A stretch of DNA of 64,000 nucleotides, taken from the NCBI RefSeq assembly GCF_037042905.1, contig NC_087245.1, positions 42,224,001 through 42,288,000 of the forward strand. Reading direction: 5' to 3'. Below are positions 43,273 through 56,805 of this stretch, one piece after another. The stretch's first letter is position 1, and every line of letters starts with the position of its first letter. The DNA is from Lytechinus pictus (Eukaryota). The notes under the pieces are model-generated. The model was given only the letters and a program-made list of their open reading frames with translations, was not told the DNA's origin and ran no database searches. A program made the position numbers and the translations under genes.

Positions 43273-44169
43273 ATGCGAATTAGACATTTCATGGATAACA
43301 AGCACGTAGGGAGAGACGAGGACATTCTCGCTGTGGCAGAGCTCGAGCCGTATAATGGAACAGATATGTCGAGGGGCAGCAACACGCAGACGACACAGAG
43401 CGAATTCACTTTGCGGGAAATTCGCTGCAACGACGGCGATGCTTTTTCTCTACCCGAGGTCAATGCGAACGCCCCCTTTTCCACATCTTCAGTAGACGAT
43501 CAGAGTCACGCACGTGCGTTGTGCGAACGCGAACGCTCAACTGGCGACCTAGAAAGACGTGCACTGCGTCCGGATACAGGCGACGGAATCGCCGACGGCC
43601 ATCCAACAACAGAATTTGATTTCCGGAGACGAAATGGAGGGAATGAAGTAGATATGTTATGTCATAGGTTCGCTGGTATCGACGAGGATGATTTTGTGGG
43701 AGCTGCTTCCGACTCGGAGCCCCAGGGCAACGATAAGGATGACATTTTGATGGGCGCTTGTAGCAGCAGCTGCAGTAGCATCAGTGACTGCGGAATGGCC
43801 ACCGTTGGGGTCATTTCTACTACCAGCTCCCGGCGAACACTTGGCCAGATTCGAGAGAGCCTGGAACAAAAAGTAAAACGTTTGAGGGCTGAAAAGGAGG
43901 CGGTGGACGAGAAAATCCGCCTGGCGCAGGAAGAAGAAGAAATCAGAGTGCGAGAGAAGGTCAAAATTCGCGGGAAAGTGATCATTCAGAGGAAAGATCG
44001 ACTGAGAAAATTGGTGTGTGATTTGAAAGGTCAGTTGGATGACCACAGTCAGAGACTACAGAATGCCTACAGTACACTTCTTTTGCTACAGAGGACTATC
44101 TTTAGAAGTAGGAGCTTTTGCAGGAGGCGAATGAAGCAGAGACCTGGTTTGGCAGAAGCGCCGTTTTGA
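43273..44169 (+). CDS. Uncharacterised 298-aa protein: acidic/Ser-rich, probably disordered N-terminal two thirds; C-terminal coiled coil; ends ...AEAPF
   Basis: Longest non-repetitive ORF outside the LINEs, clearly GC-richer than its flanks. ATG has A at -3, an in-frame upstream stop lies at 43228-43230, and a splice acceptor (ttgattttcacag|) ends at 43107. Heptad-like E/K/R/L/I/V segment RRTLGQIRESLEQKVKRLRAEKEAVDEKIRLAQEEEE...LQNAYSTLLLLQR. No family recognised. Confidence 0.8.
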   Translation: MRIRHFMDNKHVGRDEDILAVAELEPYNGTDMSRGSNTQTTQSEFTLREIRCNDGDAFSLPEVNANAPFSTSSVDDQSHARALCERERSTGDLERRALRPDTGDGIADGHPTTEFDFRRRNGGNEVDMLCHRFAGIDEDDFVGAASDSEPQGNDKDDILMGACSSSCSSISDCGMATVGVISTTSSRRTLGQIRESLEQKVKRLRAEKEAVDEKIRLAQEEEEIRVREKVKIRGKVIIQRKDRLRKLVCDLKGQLDDHSQRLQNAYSTLLLLQRTIFRSRSFCRRRMKQRPGLAEAPF

Positions 44170-44284
44170 AAATGAACTACATTTACATAGCCTTTCTGAA
44201 TGCTTATAGCAGGAGGGACTTTGTAGTCCTCCTACGCGTATACGAAAAAAAAAAAGGATTTGCTTCTGTTTTTGTTTATTTTTA

Positions 44285-44503
44285 TAATGATGATTCTTAT
44301 CTAGCCAAGGTAGCCAGATCAGCTATTAGCTGATCTTCCAGAGGGCCCTGCATATCATTATTGCCATTCTCCATTCTAAAACTTCGAGCTTGCGACAAGA
44401 AGGCGGAGGGCCAGTTTCTGAAGTCTTTGATGACTCGGCCCAGAACTGAACCCACGATTTCCTGTTCACGATGCGGGCGCTCTACCACTGAGCCACCATG
44501 TTG
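44285..44503 (-). mobile_element. tRNA-derived SINE lying antisense in the presumed 3' UTR of the 298-aa gene
   Basis: Minus strand: A box TGGCTCAGTGG, degenerate B box, central ggccgagtcatcaaagact, and L2-like tail cagggccctctggaagatcagctaatagctga. Confidence 0.8.
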
Positions 44504-44540
44504 GATTATTGTTATCACAAGTCCCGTGTTTTCAATTTCA

Positions 44541-44862
44541 TTTTCTGTCTCGCCTGCATATTATCAGAGCGAGACTATCGGCGCTACTTTCCCTACTGCG
44601 GCGGCGTCGTCAACGCCAACATTGAAATCCTAACCAAGATCTATTTCATAAAAATTGGACATATGGGTAATTAGAAATTACTGATTATTTTTGCACGAGT
44701 TTCAGGTCTCATGATCAAGGTCAAATGTTATTTCAGGTGAACGAACTTAGTATTTTTTAACCCAATATTTCGTTTTCATCTTGGTTGCTTTCAAAGCCAA
44801 AACTGCATGCTGTACTGGACTACGTTATGCAGGCGAGACGGCCAGAGGCATTTCACTTACTT
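44541..44862 (+). mobile_element. Non-autonomous Helentron/HINE-like element
   Basis: Subterminal inverted repeat gtctcgcctgcata (44547-44560) / tatgcaggcgagac (44826-44839), a nearby partial inverse gcgagac, a short GGC/GTC run and an internal aaggtcaa. The class assignment is inference. Confidence 0.6.
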
Positions 44863-46494
44863 CGTGCGATTTTGTATATTTTGTAGATAATGTAGATATA
44901 ATGACTATGATATATATAAAACGCTTATTGATTTATCCTAATCTATATAAAGGAAAGGGAATTACTCTTCCAAACTGCAGTTACACGAGGTGGATGTGGG
45001 AAGTGGTTGAATGTGTTAAAAAAAAACTACTTTAGAAGTGTGAATTATAAAATGCGAATCATGATATTTATATGTGGCTTAAGATTTTTTTTTTACCTTT
45101 AGTGCATAACTTGTCTTTTTGAATTCATTATTTAATAACTGTAGGTTGTTTGAATGTCATTTTACAAGAGGGACGATGTCATTTTATGTATCATTTATAG
45201 CTAATTAAATGAATCCTAGTGTTGGTTATGAATGTTGTGTTTATATCTGGGTGGTGTATGTGTAATATTGTGGATATTGCATTCTTCTACCCATATTCAT
45301 TCATGAAAACTTCGGAAAAATAAATTGGGCTGTGGATGCATGCAATTCTTAGTTTGTCACAAACCTTATGTAGATCACGTTCACCCCGCCAAATCAACAA
45401 TGATTAAAAAAAAAAACCATCGAAATCAATATTATTATATGAACAAAAACAACGAACGAAACAAAAAACAAATGGAAATAAGGAATATAGATTTATCCAA
45501 ACAACATACAATACTTCCATAATAACATTTCTCAAAATGAAGAATCGAATATTTAAAAAAGTGAACAGATGGTTAAAAGATAATAATCTAATTAGATCTT
45601 TCAAGTTCTGTCCCGAAAGGATTATTTTTCGGGTTTCCAACTAATGTTAAAGGTGATTAATGTCTAACCGACGTCTTTTGATTTTTTTTAAAATATTTTA
45701 TTTTAAACCCGGGAACCGAACTTGATAAAGTATATCGAAGATATCGTGCATGGTAAGGCAATAGTCATGTAGAGATTATGAATACTCTGAACATTTTTTT
45801 TTGGGGGTGGGGGGGGGGGTCGCGGGACGTGTCTCCTCGAATTACGAATATAGTACAGCGTCCTATGATAGACGGCCTTTTCGTCTTCTCACCCCCTGCC
45901 GTGACCCCCCCCCAAAAAAAAAAAAATAGTCCTCGGGAAATCGCTGCGCATGCTCTGAAGCGATGCCTTACTCATATAGGCCTATTAATCATGATAATGT
46001 ACACGCGTGACACTTGAACCGTTGTTTTACCAAATTAATATGCAATCGTGTGATCATGCTGATGGAAATAATGTCTCATTACTATGGTAACAAATACAAA
46101 GAGACGCTTATACAATATTTATCTTCAGCACGTTTAGCACGTTGATGTGAATTTTACATGATATTGTGAGTAAAGATATAACAATGCTTGTATATCTATT
46201 AAATTGAAAAGTTTAACGAAATATCTAAATAGATATTGACGAAAAAAATAAAAGCTTTGTATATTGACAAACCATTGCTTGTACAGTCGTTTATGTGGAT
46301 ACAAAATGGCAATGCAATAATCATAATGATGTTAAAGAAAATACAGTGAAATCATAAAATGTAATTATAGTGATGCAGCTGTAGGTGCGGTATGTGGTGA
46401 TGATAGTGGTCATGGTGGTGGTAGTGGTGTTGGTGGGGTGGTGATGATGATGATGTTGGTGTTGATGGTGATGGTAGTGGTGGTAATGATGTTG

Positions 46495-47130
46495 TAGGGA
46501 CCGATCCAACTTTCGTCAATAGGGGGGGGGGGTTGAAAAAATACTTTCATCCACATTTTCCCCGATCAGCCGCCCAAAGATGATTTTTGTTGGTTTTTTA
46601 TAGTCGTGACAATTACTAGTACTTAAAGCTTTATTCTTATAAACAATGCAATTGCACATAAGCCCCAATTAAATAATGAGAGTGCGAAGCGCGAGCTAAA
46701 TCTTTTGAAATTTTGTGTACTTTGTCCTGAAAATTGAACATTAAACGTTCTGAGCAATGTGTATGATCATGAACAAGATGCCTATGTACGTAACTAAATA
46801 ATTACTGGGAGCGCGAAGCGCGTGATGAAATGCTAATGTACTAGCCAGATCGAAAAAGGGACGTGTTAAGGACTGTTTGCAGTTACCCATGAAGGCGATA
46901 ATATCTCAACTATCAAATAATGTGAGCGCGAAGCGCGAGTTGAAAATGTTAGATATTCCGACCTTAAAAGTGGACATTCTGCATGGGCATTTTTTTGTTT
47001 TCGTTTCGTTTTATTTCTACTGTCCTTTATTTCTTTAACTGTTCCCCCCTTTTTTCCTCCTTGTTTTTTTTTTGCGCCGCCAAAAAAGGGGGGGCGGCGG
47101 GGCGGCCCCTTGCCCCCGGATCCGCCTATG
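46495..47130 (-). mobile_element. Short family B element, reverse orientation
   Basis: Ends match the reverse complement of the 31616/36185 termini (left end degenerate), with a 6-bp TSD ATGTTG. Confidence 0.8.
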
Positions 47131-47323
47131 ATGTTGTTGGTGCATGGTGGTGGACGGTGGTGGTGATGATGTTGGTGTCCGTGTCCGTGTGATGGTGCCG
47201 TAGTGGTAATGGTGTTGTTAATTTTGTGATGATGACTATTATGATGGTATAGTGGTGGGGGTGGTGGTGGGATTAAGGTGTTGGTAATGGTGATGATGGT
47301 GGTTGTGTTGGTGTTGGTGGTAT

Positions 47324-48368
47324 CAGTGGCGTATCGTGGGTCACCACATTGGGGGGGGGGCAGCAACAAATTTGAGTCACTTAGTGAGCGCGCGAAGCGC
47401 GCTCAGTTGCCAGGTATATACTGACCTAATAGAGGCATTTAAAGGACAGTGCCATTAAACGAGTGTGTATCTCACTGATCACATAATGCGAAGCGCGAGC
47501 TAAAATGTTATGATATTCAACCCTAAAGGGGACATTATAAGCAAAGTACCTGTCTCGCTAAACAAACAATGCGAGCGCAAAGCGCGAGCTGAAATATTTG
47601 TATATATTGACCCCAAACAGGGACATTTTAAGGACAATATTTTAGGAATCCATTAAGAATATAAACATCTCACTATAGTCATCTAATGCGAGTGCCAAGC
47701 GCTTATTTTGTTAGAATTATCTAAACACATGAAGCACTTGTAGTCATTGTAATCATGATTAACATACGCATCTTACTAATCAAATATTGCGAGCGCGAAG
47801 CGCGAGCTAATTTTTTTTTGGAAATTCAGATCAGAAAAAGGGTCATTTTAACTTTAAGGACTGATTTTAGAAATTCATGAAGAGCAGACATATCTCACCA
47901 ATCGAACGTAAGCACGGACAGGAAATGTTTTATATCAAGACCTTAAAATGGGGCAATCACTTTAAGTAGTCATGAAAAAGAAGCACATGCATGCCACTAC
48001 ATAAAACAATAATAATTCGAAGTGCGAGGATATATATTTGGTGTATATTGACTTGAACACGGGAGGTTTTAGTACGACAGCATTATATATCTTGTATATC
48101 TTGTCAAAACAGACAATGCGAGCACTAGGAACAATGGAGACATAGGCCCTGAGCAAATTATGTTTCATAAAGTTATGATTTTTTAAATGTAACATAACAC
48201 AACATAATCATTTTATAATATAACATAATGAACAATAATTTTTTTCTTTCCCTTTACGTTTCTCTCCCTTTCTCCCCTTTTCTCTCCTTTTCCCCGTTTT
48301 TTTTTGGCCAGCCGATGGGGGGGGGGGGGGGGCACGTGCCCCCCATGCCCCCCGTAGTTACGCCACTT
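47324..48368. mobile_element. Family D element, second copy (1045 bp)
   Basis: Collinear with 32262-33374, with an 8-bp TSD GGTGGTAT. Confidence 0.92.
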
Positions 48369-48517
48369 GGTGGTATTGGTGGTGATGGTTGTGTTAGTGT
48401 CGGTGGTGGTGGTGGTGGTAATGACGATTGTGTAGGGGTTGGTAATTGTGGTGGTGACGATGGTATAGTGGTGGTGGTAATGTTGTTGGTGATGATGGTG
48501 TAGCATCAGTGGTGGTA

Positions 48518-48600
48518 CAGGGGCGTCGATCCATTTTTCAGATTGGGGGGGCGAAATCATTAACGTTCCAAAGGCGCTCGATCGTACAAAACACCCACCC

Positions 48601-48634
<34 letters not shown>

Positions 48635-48641
48635 TATATAT

Positions 48642-48708
<67 letters not shown>

Positions 48709-49305
48709 GACACAGACACGTATCTCACTACACAGATAGTACGAGTGCCGAGAGTGAGCTCAAATTTCTTTATATTCTGAGCTGAAAACTTGATATTCTA
48801 AGCATTTTTGGTACCAATGATTAAGATTTGTATCTAAAAGAGAATAGATGCGAGCGCGAAGCGCGAGCTGAAAATTTTGATATTTCGATCTGAAAAAATG
48901 ACAGTTTACTGGACGTTTTTGATAAAGAACAAGCTATATATCCAAGAAAAGATGATTGCAAATTGAAGCAGTTCTTTTGAGGCTTAGAACTGAAAATGGG
49001 ACATTTACATTCACCAATTTAATCATGAAAAGTATGGGTTTTTGCTACAGAAATGATGCGAGCGCGAAGCGCGAGCTGAAAATTTTTATATTCCAATCTG
49101 AAAAGCTGACATTTTGAGCACGATTTTAAATAAAGAACGAGTTGTGTATCTCAATCTCGCTTGCTGAACATTACAATCTTGTTTTTTTTTTAAATGCATA
49201 TCCGGAATTATTGGGGGGGGGGGCAAAATGATATGTTTGCCCCCCCAATATTTTCATTGGTGGGGCGATCGCCCCCCTGCCCCCCCCCCAGGATCGACGC
49301 CTCTG
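48518..49305. mobile_element. Non-autonomous TIR element with internal (CA)/(TA) microsatellite
   Basis: TIRs CAGGGGCGTCGATCC / GGATCGACGCCTCTG and gcgagcgcgaagcgcgagc motifs. No TSD visible. Confidence 0.8.
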
Positions 49306-49571
49306 GCTCATATGCACCAATCCATGGGCCGAGAGGGCCAAAAAGGCAGAATGGAAAGGGATAGGGAAAGAAAACGTAGGGGAAAGGAGAGAGAAGCAGA
49401 GGAAAAGAAGGGAAAGGGAGCGGGGAAATGACAAAGGGAAAATAGAGAGAGAGAAAAAGAAGGAAAGGGTATGATGATGATATTAATATGATGATGGTTC
49501 AATCTAGAACAAAATAATGTTGATAACAATTTACATACACTGAAAATTCGCACTAGATACCCTGATGGTTA

Positions 49572-49721
49572 CAGGGGCCGCGGAAGCGGGGGGGGGGGGG
49601 CTTCAGCCCCCCCATTTTTTTCCAAAACCATGTACAAAAACGTAAAAATGACCATATGATTGTGATTTTCTGCATGGTCAGCCCCCCCCCCCCCCACTTT
49701 GAAACCGTTCCGCGGCCCCTG
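49572..49721. mobile_element. 150-bp MITE with 5-bp TSD
   Basis: Perfect TIR CAGGGGCCGCGGAA and TSD GGTTA. A reverse sister copy lies at 13006-13157. Confidence 0.88.
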
Positions 49722-49751
49722 GGTTATCAAACATTATCAAACTTTAGCCTT

Positions 49752-49905
49752 GAATGAGTAAAATGTGGAATATAATTTTGGATTTTTGGAAGAGAATCGC
49801 ATTTAGGTCTGGACCATGATGCCGTACGGAATGAGTAAATGTGGAATATAATTTTGGATTTTTTGGAAGAGAATCTCATTTAAGTCTGGACTACGATGCC
49901 GTACG
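49752..49905. repeat. 77-bp tandem duplication, slightly diverged
   Basis: gaatgagtaa...gatgccgtacg at 49752-49828 and 49829-49905. Confidence 0.92.
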
Positions 49906-51584
49906 GATTTACGGGCAATGATTAACTTGGAATTGACATGGTAAAATTTTGAAGCAGAGGGTATGGTCTCCAAAATCCACACGGCCATCGGATTTTTATT
50001 ATCATCTTGATTACAAGAATAGCGGGCAAGAATCCCGGCAAGAATAGCTATAACAAATTCGAGGTGAACGTTTCGTGAAAGGACTTGTCAGAAAATTTAT
50101 CCGACAAGTCTTTTTTACTCCGATAATTACCAGAGTAAGGCTCCTCAGCCAATCAAAATCAAGGAAAGCTGTGTGATCTGATAATTTGTCGGATGAAAAA
50201 TGATGTTGATGAAATGCTCCCTGAAAACGAGTAGAAGATTCGGCTTCATTGAATGGACCACCTTATCCTTTTCGAAAGAGTGCCCTCTATCGTCTTCAGT
50301 GTTGCCATTAGTTGATGACGACTGTTGCTAAAGTTTGGCAATATCAGAATAGAGATATATTTTAGTATGTTTCTATGGGAACTGTAGATGATTTTTCAGA
50401 TTAAAAAGTCCCTGCATGGTGATGAAAAAGATTTTATGTCACGGACGCACACCCCCCCCCATTTTTGTGATTTTTTTTTGACCGATTGTTACCAAATATA
50501 TGAATCAGAGCTTTTTTGAGGGGATGTTCACCCCAACGAAAATTTGTTGTAAAAAATAGCAGGAAAAAATAATTAAAAATATTAGTGAAGGATTGAGGAA
50601 AATCCATCGAAGATGACAAACTTTATTACAATTCTATTTGTTTTAATTTGTGACGTCATTTGCGAGCAGTTCCCGCATATATCGTGAATAAAAAAATCAA
50701 TGAAATGTCATTTTCCAAAAATAAAAAATTAAATGGTTTTTATTGTACCGTCAGTGTATGTCAACATACAAATCATTTCACGCTCGCGTCAGAAAGAAAC
50801 AAAATCAATAATTAGTCACCACGAACCAGTAATAAATAAATTGAAATTTATAAGTACACATTTTATATTACATAATGGGACTATGGATTTTCCTCAAACC
50901 TTCACTAATAGGCTTACGACGGCCATTCATGTAAATAATGATTGCCAGTAATATTGTCAACTTATTCACCATATCATAAACTATTCTTGTCTTGCTGCAA
51001 AAAAAGTTGTTCCAAAGTTGATTTAGTCGTGAAATGGGAAGAATGTAAAAATACAAAAAAATATATAATGAATTTCAATTGGTACATATAATAATTTCCA
51101 CGAATATGGAAAAGGTTTTATAAAGCCAACATTCCATGTGGAAATGTTACAAAATTCCAGTTTATAGACTTGGTTTAAACCATAGACCTATACTTCTCTG
51201 CCAGGCCATACTTAAACATAGGTTGAACTATCAGAATACTGCAGTATGTTCACTGTATTGAGTCATTCAAATCAAGAGATCCTATTGTCACCCCCGGGGT
51301 GGGGGAAGGGGCACTCACGTAATGACAATGTAGGTATGTACAGTCCTTAATGACTCCCTTTTCATAATTCCTTTTTTTTTTTACTCATTTACCAATATGA
51401 TTCTCCTGGTTCCTAACCCCCCCCCCATTTTAGGTGTCAGTTTTCAAGATATCCATTCACAGAGGGCCATCGAACTTGTTATTTCTTAAGCCCTTTATTC
51501 CATAAGCAACTTTATTTAATTTCTTGTATGGTTTCAGATTTTATGGGGCCACAAACCCCTATACCCTTTCTTAATTAATTTATT

Positions 51585-52599
51585 TAGATAGTTTTATGAC
51601 ATGGAAAGATAATATACATGAGATCGAAAGTAAAGTATCCAAAAACATTGGTATTATATCTAGAATTAAATATATCTTGCCAAGTCACATTCTACGTATG
51701 TTATATTGTGCTCTGATACTTCCATATTTCTCGTATTGTAATATTTTTTGGGCCAACTCCTGTAAGTCTAGCATCCTAAAGCTTATAATACTGCAAAATA
51801 GGATTGTTCGTATTATATCTGGATTACATTTTCAATCTCACACAAATCCTGTATTCAAAGAGTTAAAATTATTGAAATTTAGCGATATTAATTTGCATCA
51901 GCAAAGTATTTTTATGTACAAAAGCATAAACAACATTTTCCCCTCTCAATTTAGTAATCTCTGTCATTTTAACTGCAATTCGGATATTCATAAGTATAGC
52001 ACGAGAAGCGCTATCCAAATTCATTTACCAAAACATAGAACCCGAAGATTTCAATACGATATTCGCTACTCTGGGCCAAAATTTTGGAACAGTTTACCAG
52101 CCCGCCTACAAAACTCTCGTTCTTTGCAATCTTTCTCTTATAAAATGAAACTTTATTTAAATGCTCGCACTGACAGAGATCATTGACATGTTGACATGCT
52201 TGAACTACCTTCCATTTATAATGTTAATTAATGCACATGCCTTACCTGTTGCTCTGCTAGACAAATGTCACTCAAGCTCTTTATATATACATGTACCAAT
52301 ATTACGTAATTGCGACCAGTTTACTCTGTTATTCAAATGAACCTATCTTCTAATGCCTACATTTCTTCTCCCTCTTCTCCATCTGTGTTTCTTTTTCTAC
52401 TCTTAACTTTCTTATTTATATGCAATTACATATGATGTCATTACAGTACGTAACTTGTTATTTATTTGTATCTGGCGACCCCAACTCAAGCTCTGCTTTC
52501 CGGGTTTTCGCCTCCTTCAAAATTGTGTCGAAATATATACTGTATTCGTTACTATGTCAAATATTATTTTGTATCTGTTTGAAGGAAATAAATGTGATT

Positions 52600-52632
<33 letters not shown>
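51585..52632 (+). mobile_element. 5'-truncated CR1/L2-group LINE (ORF2 C-terminus 51596-52186, 3' UTR, (TCAA)n tail)
   Basis: Protein similar to the C-termini of the other two copies (TWKDNI, LYCALILPYFSY, SHTNPVF, GPKFWNSLP). AATAAA is followed by (TCAA)n at 52601-52632. Confidence 0.9.
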
Positions 52633-52633
<1 letters not shown>

Positions 52634-53134
52634 TAATCCCTTAATTTCACAAATACACACACAATATGAATTGTCTGCAAATGAAGGGGCCGATGTCACA
52701 AAAAATGATATGATATATCAAATAGGAAATATGAAATAGTAAAACTATTTTTATCTCTTAAAATGCAATTAATCATTATACTCTACAAGCAGCGGCACTT
52801 ATTTGATAATGATAGTATTTTCTGTCCCCCAAGTCAGAAGAAAATCAAAATTATATTCTTTATAAATGTGTGGGTGACATCTGTGCCCGATATGCCACTG
52901 TCAGTGGATACATGCCTATATAGTTTTGTGGTGGAGGCGTCGAATACAGATTTTATCAGTCTGCAAAAAAGAAAGAAAGAAAAAAGAGTTCATTTGATTT
53001 TTACGAAGTAACTGATAAAATGAAAAGATTAAAAAATTGGCGGTATTTGCTTTAGCCGGGCTAAATATAGTTGGTGTTAAACTGGGTCAACGTCAGTTCC
53101 ATCAAAGAGGGAATTTAAATCATGAATATATATT

Positions 53135-56100
53135 TAATTTTTCAAATTATTTTCAAATTTATTTATTTCACTTCCATCAAACAAAAACAAATTGTATACC
53201 ATATGTAAACATCAATATTTGTATCCGTTGCAAAAAAAAAAAATACATATGTTGTGAAGAAAAATAAACACTTAGACAATTTGGGTAACACATTGTAGGT
53301 TTTAAATATGTATACTATTTTTCAATAGAAATTAAATTAAGATGGAAATGGAGGGAACCACTAAAAAGCAATGCTTGTACAATGTGGGCCCCTCAAAAAA
53401 TAGATAACACAACAAATAACAAAATAACAAAGTACAAATACAGATATATGTAATCAAATGAGAAAAAAAACAAATAAATGAGAGAGAAATAAATACGAAG
53501 TTATCAAAAAATATAGTTTGATATAGGACAAAACAACCCGTCCTAAAATATATCCACCCTTCCCCATCCCACCCCCCCCCCCAGAAAAAGAGAAGAAAAA
53601 AAAGAAGAAAAAAAGGGGGAGAATACCCTGAGAAGATGGATGGGTGCTGCTGAACGTAGGTAGAACATATGCCATCGTGGACTCAAGCAAACTGGATTCA
53701 ATGATGTGTATAAAAAGGAGAAAAATATATAGAATAACCTGGAAATATAATGCACGGAAAATGTGTTTGATGCCGTGAACAAAATAACCGGTAGGAAGGC
53801 GGATAAGCGGACAGGAAAGAAAGAGAAAATAGAGGGAGAGGATAGACACAATAATGTATGAGGTTCAATAACGAGCACACCTGAGAAGGACTTGTGTCAG
53901 ATTTGTTTGGTTTTTTCAATAAAAAAAGGATAATGATTATTTTATGTTTTAATTATAGTCTTTATAGTAATAATGATGACTTGGCGGAGATGATGAATTA
54001 GACTTAATTTGGGAGTATATTATAAGATTTTAATAGAGATAATTTGAATTTAGACTTAAAAGAGTTCAAAGATTTTGCAGTTGTTATATCTTTATGAAGT
54101 GAGTTCCATAACTTCGGTCCATCGTATATAAATGTGTTCTGAGCCAGCAAAGTTCTTAAAAGTGGTAAATGGAATTCACCCAATCGCCTTGTTGGATAGT
54201 TATGAATGGATTGATTTTTTGGAAACATTGAATTAAATACATTTGGGAGGTTGTTGTTGTTATAGTTATACATAAACTGACCGAGATTAAACAAATATAA
54301 GTCTTTGATTTTCAATATTTTATGTTCAAGAAATAATGGGTCAGTATGAGACAAATATGCTGTGTGACTTATGATAATAAGGGATGAATATAATGTAAGC
54401 AGGGACGATAATGGTAAACAAAATTTAAGCTTGTTAATTATACCAAAAGTTGCGTGAAATAGTTTTACGTATGTTATCTATGTGGAATTTCCATGAAAGC
54501 TTATTATCGACTGTTATTCCAAGAAACTTAATATGGGATACATTTTCCAAGGGAGTTCCATCCAAAATAATATCAACAGGAAGTGTATTTATAGAGTTGC
54601 TAAACAACATATAATTTGTTTTTTGAATATTTATTGATAATTTATTTGCTCTTATCCATTGGGTGACATTTTCTAGATCAGAGTTGATTATATTAGCAAG
54701 GTGAAGAGGATTTCTATGTGAAAAAAAAAGTTAGAGTCGTCCGCAAAGAGAATAAAGGAAAGAACATCTGATGATCTACAAAAATCATTAATATAAACTA
54801 TAAACAAAATCGGGCCTAAAAGACTACCCTGTGGAACTCCACAATTAATTTTTTTCATTTGAGAATTGCACCCGTTTAAAAAGACATATTGCTTCCTATT
54901 CAAGAGGTATCTCCTGAACCACTCCAAGGCCCTCCCACGCACTCCATAATGATGTAATTTGTTAAGTAAAATATCATGATTAATGGTGTCGAAGGCCTTG
55001 GAGAAGTCCAGGAACAAACCAATTAAATGTGAAGATTTATCGATTGAATGTGCCGCTTTTTCAATGAAACTCAATAATGCATGTGTAGTGCTATATATGC
55101 TTTTCCCTAAATCCAAATTGGGAATTTGAAAGTATATTATTTGATTTGAAAACAATTATAGTCCGTTTATAAATAATCTTTTCTAGTATTTTCGACAATG
55201 TAGATAACAAAGAAATTGGGCGGTAATTATTAACATCTAATTTGTTACCTTTTTTAAACAAAGGAATGACTTTTGCTATTTTCATGTTCTCGGGGACAAT
55301 GCCGTTAAAGGAGAATGAAACTCTTGGAGCAAGTTAGCTTTTGTGAAAGCAGAAAAATCAAAGAATAAGATCAACAAAAGTTTGAGTAAAATAGGACTAG
55401 CAATAAAAGAGTTATGAGCATTTGAATGTCGAGATCACTAATGCTATGGAGATCCTCCCGTTGGCAATGCGACCAAGATCTGTGATGTCACACACGTACA
55501 ACTCTCCCATTTGGACACTGAAAATATACCCCAAAACATTTCTTTTTGCTCATTCTAATCATATGACAAACGATTCATCAATTATATAATGTTGTGAAAT
55601 CTCTGTACTTGTCATCTCATAAAGAGAACACCTCACCTTGTGATAGACTCTATAAAAGTGAGAATATAAGTGAAATAAGTACTAAAGTAATGAGGGAGTT
55701 GTACGTGTGTGATATCACAGATCTTGGTCGCATTGCCGATGGGAGGATCTACATGGCACTAGTGATCTCAATATTCAAATGCTCATAACTTTCTTATTAT
55801 TCATTCAATCTTCCTCAAACTTTCAACAATGTGTTCCTTTGATTTTTCTCTTTGATATGGATTCAGCTGGTTTCAAGGGTTTCATTCTCCTTTAAGAAGT
55901 GACAGATTGAATATATGAGTTAGGGGATCCGCAATTGACGATATTATCCCCAAGAGAAGAAAATTATTGATGTCATCATGTCCTGTACTTTTTTTAGAAC
56001 TAAAATCAGAAACAATATTAATTATCTCCTGATTATAAGTTGGAGCGAGAAACATTGAACTAGAATTTGGTGGGCCTAAAAATTCAGAAAAGTGTTTTGT

Positions 56101-56750
56101 TGCGGGAGGAATATTACTTGCAAGATTTTCCCCAATGGAAGAAAAGTGATTTTTCAGGATACTACAAATTTGGTGAGAATCTTCAAAAATTACATCGCCA
56201 GATCTAATTTTTGTAATATTAGATTTGTTATTTGATATATTCATTGCTTGTTTTAAAACTTTCCATGTATTTTGCATATCACGCTTGTAAAGTTGTAACT
56301 GATTAGTAAAATATATTTTCTTTTCTAAACGTATAATCTTTGTCAATGTATTTTTATAACAAGTATATATTTAAGTTTGGATTGCTCAGAGCGTTTCATT
56401 TTGTATTTATAATTTAAATTACTTTTTCTATTTATCGAACGCAATAGGGATTTAGAAATCCATGGAAGCTTCGGTGATTTTTTGTAGTTAGATGGCTTAT
56501 CTCTAAGTTTCGGAATATGAGTGTCAAAGTGTAGATTAAAAATGTTAATAAAATTTTCAAAGGACAAGTTAACGTCATTATTATCAAAAACACAAGACCA
56601 ATCAACATCGTCTAAACTAGCAAAGACAACTGGAAAAGACTGGACAACTGGAAAAGACATAGCACTGAAATCTTAACATTGCGAAGTTTCTTTTGGTAGG
56701 GTCTAGTGGTGTCAGTTACGGGAGTGACCAAAGTCTGTTCAAAGTCAATT
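53135..56750 (-). pseudogene. Frameshifted CR1/L2-group LINE (ORF2 fragments plus 3' UTR), interrupted by a TTAA-site MITE
   Basis: Collinear fragments 56343-56660, 55882-56346, 55091-55285, 54688-55155 and 54004-54354 carry KIAKVIPLFKKG, NYRPISLL, QFGFR, LDFSKAFDTINH, CGVPQGSLLGP, FADD and GPKLWNSL. Removing the MITE restores IFNLSLL-N-GIVPENMKIAK. Confidence 0.92.
55309..55891. mobile_element. Kolobok-like MITE inserted into LINE ORF2
   Basis: Perfect 13-bp TIR AGGAGAATGAAAC with TTAA TSD on both sides. Confidence 0.93.
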
Positions 56751-56805
56751 AACATCAATTAATAACATATGCCTACAAATTCTTTCAGGCATATATAGCC
56801 AAAAC

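Noticed and set aside
43251..44046. Minus-strand ORFs overlapping the 298-aa gene
   Set aside because: Antisense shadows of a GC-rich coding exon.
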